Origin: Klebsormidium nitens
Taxonomy: Eukaryota; Plantae; Klebsormidiophyceae
Direction: 5' to 3'
NCBI GenBank assembly: GCA_000708835.1
Contig: DF237448.1
Span: 1 to 64,000, forward strand
DNA: 64,000 nucleotides
This document shows positions 59,192-64,000 of the stretch, in pieces (within the stretch, counting starts at the first letter, position 1; the number at the start of each line of letters is the position of its first letter). The position numbers and the translations under genes are program-made. Under the pieces are notes generated by a model that was given only the letters and a program-made list of their open reading frames with translations, searched no databases and was not told the origin of the DNA.

Positions 59192-62100
59192 ATGGAAAGC
59201 GAGGAGGACGACATGCCGGAAGCAATTCCCTTGCAGCTGGGATTTCTTGAGGGAATTCAACCTGATTCCGCATTGGAACCGGCAGGATCGCTTGCGAGTC
59301 CGTCAACATCATCTGTTCAGCAAGACAAGCCGCCGACAGATTTTTCGAATGAGCCGACGACTGCAGGCGCGGCCGGAACAGGGATTGACAAGACGAAAGC
59401 CGTACCTGTTACCATCATAACTGGTCACCTGGGGTCCGGCAAGACCACGGTAAGCGGTGGTTGTGTTGCGGCTTCAAAAGAGAGTCACCTTATGCGGTTT
59501 CTTTCTCTTGCTGGCTCCTTTGCGGAAGGTGTTTGCCTGTGTGGATACTCGCAATCTAAGCATCGGCCATTTTTTCAAGCCCGTTTGAGTATATCATTGT
59601 TCTGAACTGATCACAAGACGCTGCAATAATCAAGTCCAGTCCTTAGGTAGCAATGGTGTGCTGAGACAACGATCTGAAAGCTCTCGCTGCGTTGCTCAGC
59701 GCCAAAGTTGCTATTTTCAGATGTCTGCTGTGTTGGAAATCGTGTTTCCACTTTTGGAAAGTGGCGTGCTCTTTTCGTCTGGGAGTGGTGCAATCAAATT
59801 TGCATCTTGGATGCTCACTGTAAAGAAGCTCGCATCAGAGATATGGTCTAAAATATCGAGATAGATAATAAAAGCGCAGGGTTGTTACATAGTCTCTCCC
59901 AGCTGTCCTTATCAGGGCCCATCATTGTAAAAGCCTGGTGCGGGAGATGGATCAGGATGAGAATTCCCCAAGCCCCGATCAACTTTTGTCAGGCCATAGT
60001 CAAGTCATATTTACTGAATCAGCTTGCTTTCCACCTTCTAACCAATCGGTGCACCTTTTGCACGAACTAAAGTGCAAGCGCCTGTGCAAAACGACGGGTT
60101 TGGAAGTACAAGAAAATTTTTGTGAACAGCTTAAGCAGGGCCGGCGAACAGTTGAGTGCTGCGGTGTCGGAAGACAGATCTGTGGGAAAATTCCCGGCAG
60201 TTGCTTGGATAGGCAATTGAGTACATGCCCCTTCAAAGAAAGGCGAGTAGTGGATAGGGATTGGTTTCGCATATTATTTGCTTTCTTCTTTGCGAACCTC
60301 GTCCTAACCATAAAGCACGGCGTGCGGAGTGCGCTTGGTCGTACGAGCTATGGAAGGTTACGGGAAGTTTGATCCCTTCTAATCCCACTCTAGGCAACCC
60401 TCTCTTGCAGCTTGTGAACCACATTCTGACCACGAACCACGGTCTCCGGATCGCGGTCATCCTGAACGAGTTTGGCGAAGGTCTGGGGATCGAGAAGCCG
60501 GTTATTACTAACCCGGAGAACCTGGTTAGCCAGGAGGAGCTGGTGGAGGACTGGATTGAGCTGGGGAACGGCTGCATCTGCTGCAACGTGAAGGGGGACC
60601 TACTGCAAGCGATCGAGGGGCTGCTGGAGAAGAAGAGGGGCCGGTAAGCTTCCAGATGCTTTCCAACTGCGTGTTGCAGGACGGGAGGCGTTTGATGCGC
60701 CTGCTTGAGTAAACGCTCCTTTCGGAAGGGGTTGAATCATTTCGTTGCAACAGCAAGGTAGACCTTTGGCAAGCGATCAAAGGGCTGCTGGAGAAAAACA
60801 GGGGCCGGTTAGCCTTTGAATATTTTCCTAACAGCTTGAGAAACCGGATTTGAACCGTGAATTTGGGGGTCCCGTGAATATTCCGCTTTGGTGGGGATTC
60901 ATTCAAGTGGTTTCGGTGCTCAAAGGGGTTTCGGTGCAAAGATGCCTTCGGGATTGATCGTGCTATCAATATCTTGCAATCTGCATTCCTCTTGTATCAG
61001 TTGGAACGGACGGAAGACGAACGGAGATACCAGGCTCAGTTCCACACCACCCCTTGAGCTACGCTAGTCCTTTCGAGTCAGGCCTTGCTGAAACCTCAAT
61101 TCCCAATCCCTAAGGTCAAAGCCAAGGACCAACCTAAAATCCATGAATTCTATCTTTCTTTTAACCGATATTCACTTTTATACAAGGACTCTTTGCAACT
61201 TTACTGACTGAGGACCCTCGAGTCTGTTACAGCAATAATCTATGTAATGTTGAGACCTGCATCGAACCCTTGCAGACTTGACCACATTTTGCTTGAGACG
61301 ACGGGCCTCGCCGACCCCGGCCCCGTCGCTGCCGCGCTCTGGGTCGACGAGGAACTCGAGTCGCCGATCCGTCTCGACTCGGTGGTGACCGTTGTTGACG
61401 CCATAAATCTGGGCAGGCAGCTGCGTGGGCTGGGCCAGCGCGGCGGTGTCAATGAGGCCGTGCTGCAGATTGCGCACGCGGACGTCGTGATCTTGAACAA
61501 GGTAGATCTAGTGGAAGGTGGGACCGAGGGTGAGTCAACACGCAAGGAGGGGGCTGTTTCTTTCGGTCAGGCTGCGGAGGCTTCTGGGAAGCGCAACGTA
61601 GAAGGAAACCCTGTGGACGAGAGGAAGAGAGGTTCGGAGGCGCGCACTGAAGGCGAGATTGGGCAGGGTAGTGACCTCGGCGAGAATGGAAGGGGTTCTG
61701 CGGAGGGGGAAGAGGCAGATGTCGTGGGCGAGAATGGGGACGCATTGTTGGGGCGGAGGTCAGCAGATGTTCCGGAGGGGTCCGGGGAGGAAGGAGAAAT
61801 GGACGGGAGTTTCAACGAGGCGAGTGTATCACCGAACGGGGGCCTTGAGAGAGAACGAGAGCATCCCGCTGTCGAACCGGGTGGCCCGGGGTTGCCAGAT
61901 GAAACGGTTGGCCTGAGTGATTCAGGAGGTGCTGCCGCAAGAGGAAGACTTCCAGACGATCTGACGGGTCATCGGGAAGGGTTAGGAGGGGTTAAGACTG
62001 GTTTAGCTTCGGAAAGGACCCGATTAGATACCGCCGGAATAGCATCGTCGCTGAGTTGGGAGGGGAAGGAGCGGGCCTTGACACTACTAGAAAGTCAGGT

Positions 62101-63201
62101 CCTGCAGATCAACTCTGTGGCGCGGGTCATGCGGGCCGTTCGGTGTCAAGTTGACGTCGCCAAAGTATTTCGAACAAGCTCTTTTGATCCGAAGGTGAGG
62201 CTTGAGATCAGTTTCTATTCGGGTTTTGACATACTCGTTATTGTTTTCTTGCGTATCGTCAGTTTGGAGATTGTATTCGTATCACTCAGTCCCCAGTTGG
62301 ACAATCGAAAGGAAGATTTCTGGCGGACACAAGGGCCTCTTGGGAAGAGTGAAACACTATCCGATGACTTTCAGCGAGTCTCACTCTTCCCAAGGACTTG
62401 GTAGCAGGACTCAGACCCGAGAGTCGTTCCCGAGTTCAAAACCTAAAACTTCGGCAGATCTGGAACACGCACTCAAAAGTGTTCAAAATTTTCATCGCTG
62501 ACACACTCGCAAAACAATGACGGAGTCGCAAGCATAATTTCGACAGGTCACACTCATAAGTTGACTCTCCCCATTGCAGCGCCCAGAACATGGAATCCTC
62601 AGCGAAGCGAACGGTGTCCCGTCCAGTGCGGCCGGGATAGTCACCATGAGGAGCCCCGACCGGTGCCGGCAATGACGTACACAGAACGGGATCGTCTTAG
62701 TTTCTACACAAATGGGTTCGACTTACTCCCTTCCGGTCTCTTCAGATTGCAGCTTCTGGAAGATTCCGGCGATTCCGGGCCGCGAAACGGCTCCCCGAGC
62801 CAGTCCCAAAGGCATGAGAGAACGGTGGGACATCACACTTCGGAGCCCCGACCGTTGACATTAACAGAGCAGTCACGGGGCGCTCCAAGTTTCAAGATCC
62901 AATTTGGACACTCCCTTTCTCAACTTACTCCTTTCACTCTCCACTGTTGCAGCGACTAGAAGCGGGGATTCCTGACGACAACGGGGACGGAAACGGGAAC
63001 GGAAGCGGGTCCCCCGGGCACTCCCATAGGCACGACAGTGCGGTCGGGACGGTCACTCTGAGGAGCCCCGACCGCTTCGACCTCGCCCGGTTGGAGCGCT
63101 GGCTGGGCGAGCTGCTGTGGGAGCGGTCTGGCACTTTGGACGTGTACCGAATGAAGGGCGTTCTGAACATTGTGGGACGGGAAGAGAAGCAACTTTTGCA
63201 G
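59192..63201 (+). CDS. ZNG1: ZNG1/CBWD (CobW, COG0523) zinc metallochaperone GTPase, 3' incomplete. Exons 59192-59449, 60411-60643, 61276-62194, 62953-63201; the remainder lies beyond the window.
   Basis: VPVTIITGHLGSGKTT (Walker A), IAVILNEFG, ELGNGCICC (CxCC), ILLETTGLADPGPV, LDSVVTVVDA, QIAHADVVILNKVDLV, HDSAVGTVTL, LERWLGELLW, DVYRMKGVLNI. N-terminal EEDDMPEAIP resembles the ZNG1 MetAP1-docking motif. Junctions are phase-consistent. Confidence 0.9.
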
Positions 63202-63289
63202 GTGAAAACTCTTTGGTTCTGGATTCGAGTCCCGAATTTCATTTACTTTCAATAGTGAAACTTCGCGTTTCTTGTTTGTTGGTACTGTT

Positions 63290-63900
63290 TTGCTGTGGAG
63301 CGGTCGGACGCTTTGGACGTGTATCTTGTGAAGTGCGTGATTAACGTTGCGGGGCGCAAAGAGAAACACTTTTTCAAGGTGAAAACAATGTGGCTCAAAA
63401 TCTCAGTCCCGTTTTGAAAGTCTGGTATTTGCACTCTTGCCTTTCATTGTTTGTCGTATGATTGATGTGGCGCAATTGGAAGCTTTGGACGTGTACCGGA
63501 TGAAGGGCGTCCGTCCTCAACGTTGCGGGACGGGACGAGAAATATTTTCTGCGGGTAAGCTGGTTCCGCCTTGCCGAGAACGAGGTTCGAAGGTTCTACT
63601 TTACAGGCTCTTACTGTTTCAAGGTAACATTGACCGAGGCTTGCGAAAATGTTGGAGGGCGATTGGACGTGTACCGGATGAAGGGCGTGCTCAAATTGCG
63701 GGGCGGGAAGAGAATCACTTTCTGCCGGTAAGAAGACTTGGGTGCCCCAGGTTTCTGATCATCTTTTGCAATTTGCGCCTCGCGTTTGTCGTTCTGTCTT
63801 GGCGGATCTGTTTTCCCTTCGGACGGATACCAAATGGAGGGCGTCCTCAACGTTGCGGGGCGGGAAGAGAAGCAAGTTTTGCTGGTGAAACGAGTCGGGC
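63290..63900 (+). repeat. Four degenerate copies of the 3' end and donor of ZNG1 exon 62953-63201
   Basis: ggacgtgtacc..atgaagggcgt..aacgttgcggg.cggga.gagaa...ttt...g|gt units near 63316, 63487, 63667 and 63820. At least two carry indels. Confidence 0.9.
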
Positions 63901-64000
63901 TCTCTCTTATGTGGCGTTACCTGTCCTTGGTCGTGCACATATTCTCGACGTCTTTGTTACAGCGAAGTGGTCTTCTCGTTGAACTAGCTACAGCGAAGTC

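Overview
Eukaryotic genomic DNA with spliceosomal GT-AG introns. Gene content (an RLK/Pelle receptor kinase, an ACD5-type ceramide kinase) and style point to a streptophyte alga, Klebsormidium-like; this is inference, not established. I reconstructed eight genes by hand. (1) 4-helix-bundle (MLKL/MCAfunc-like)-kinase-Sel1-LRR protein, 538-4643 +. (2) PWWP protein, 13712-8550 -. (3) Unknown Cys-rich protein, 15368-16672 +. (4) Receptor-like kinase with a very small Cys-rich ectodomain, 25039-18990 -. (5) Ceramide kinase, about 28865-41195 +. (6) Secreted protein with EGF-like modules and three copies of an unrecognised 6-Cys module, 42703-49426 +. (7) Coiled-coil/Pro-rich hypothetical protein, 53956-51411 -. 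(8) ZNG1/CobW zinc-chaperone GTPase starting at 59192 + and running off the window. Four MITE-like elements from three families sit in introns. The most striking non-standard pattern is more than 30 degenerate intronic 'echoes' of neighbouring exon ends. They show a consistent polarity: acceptor plus exon 5' end is copied upstream, and exon 3' end plus donor is copied downstream. This suggests introns grow by tandem duplication across splice junctions. No rRNA, tRNA or CRISPR features are supported. All exon models are manual and unverified by transcripts.
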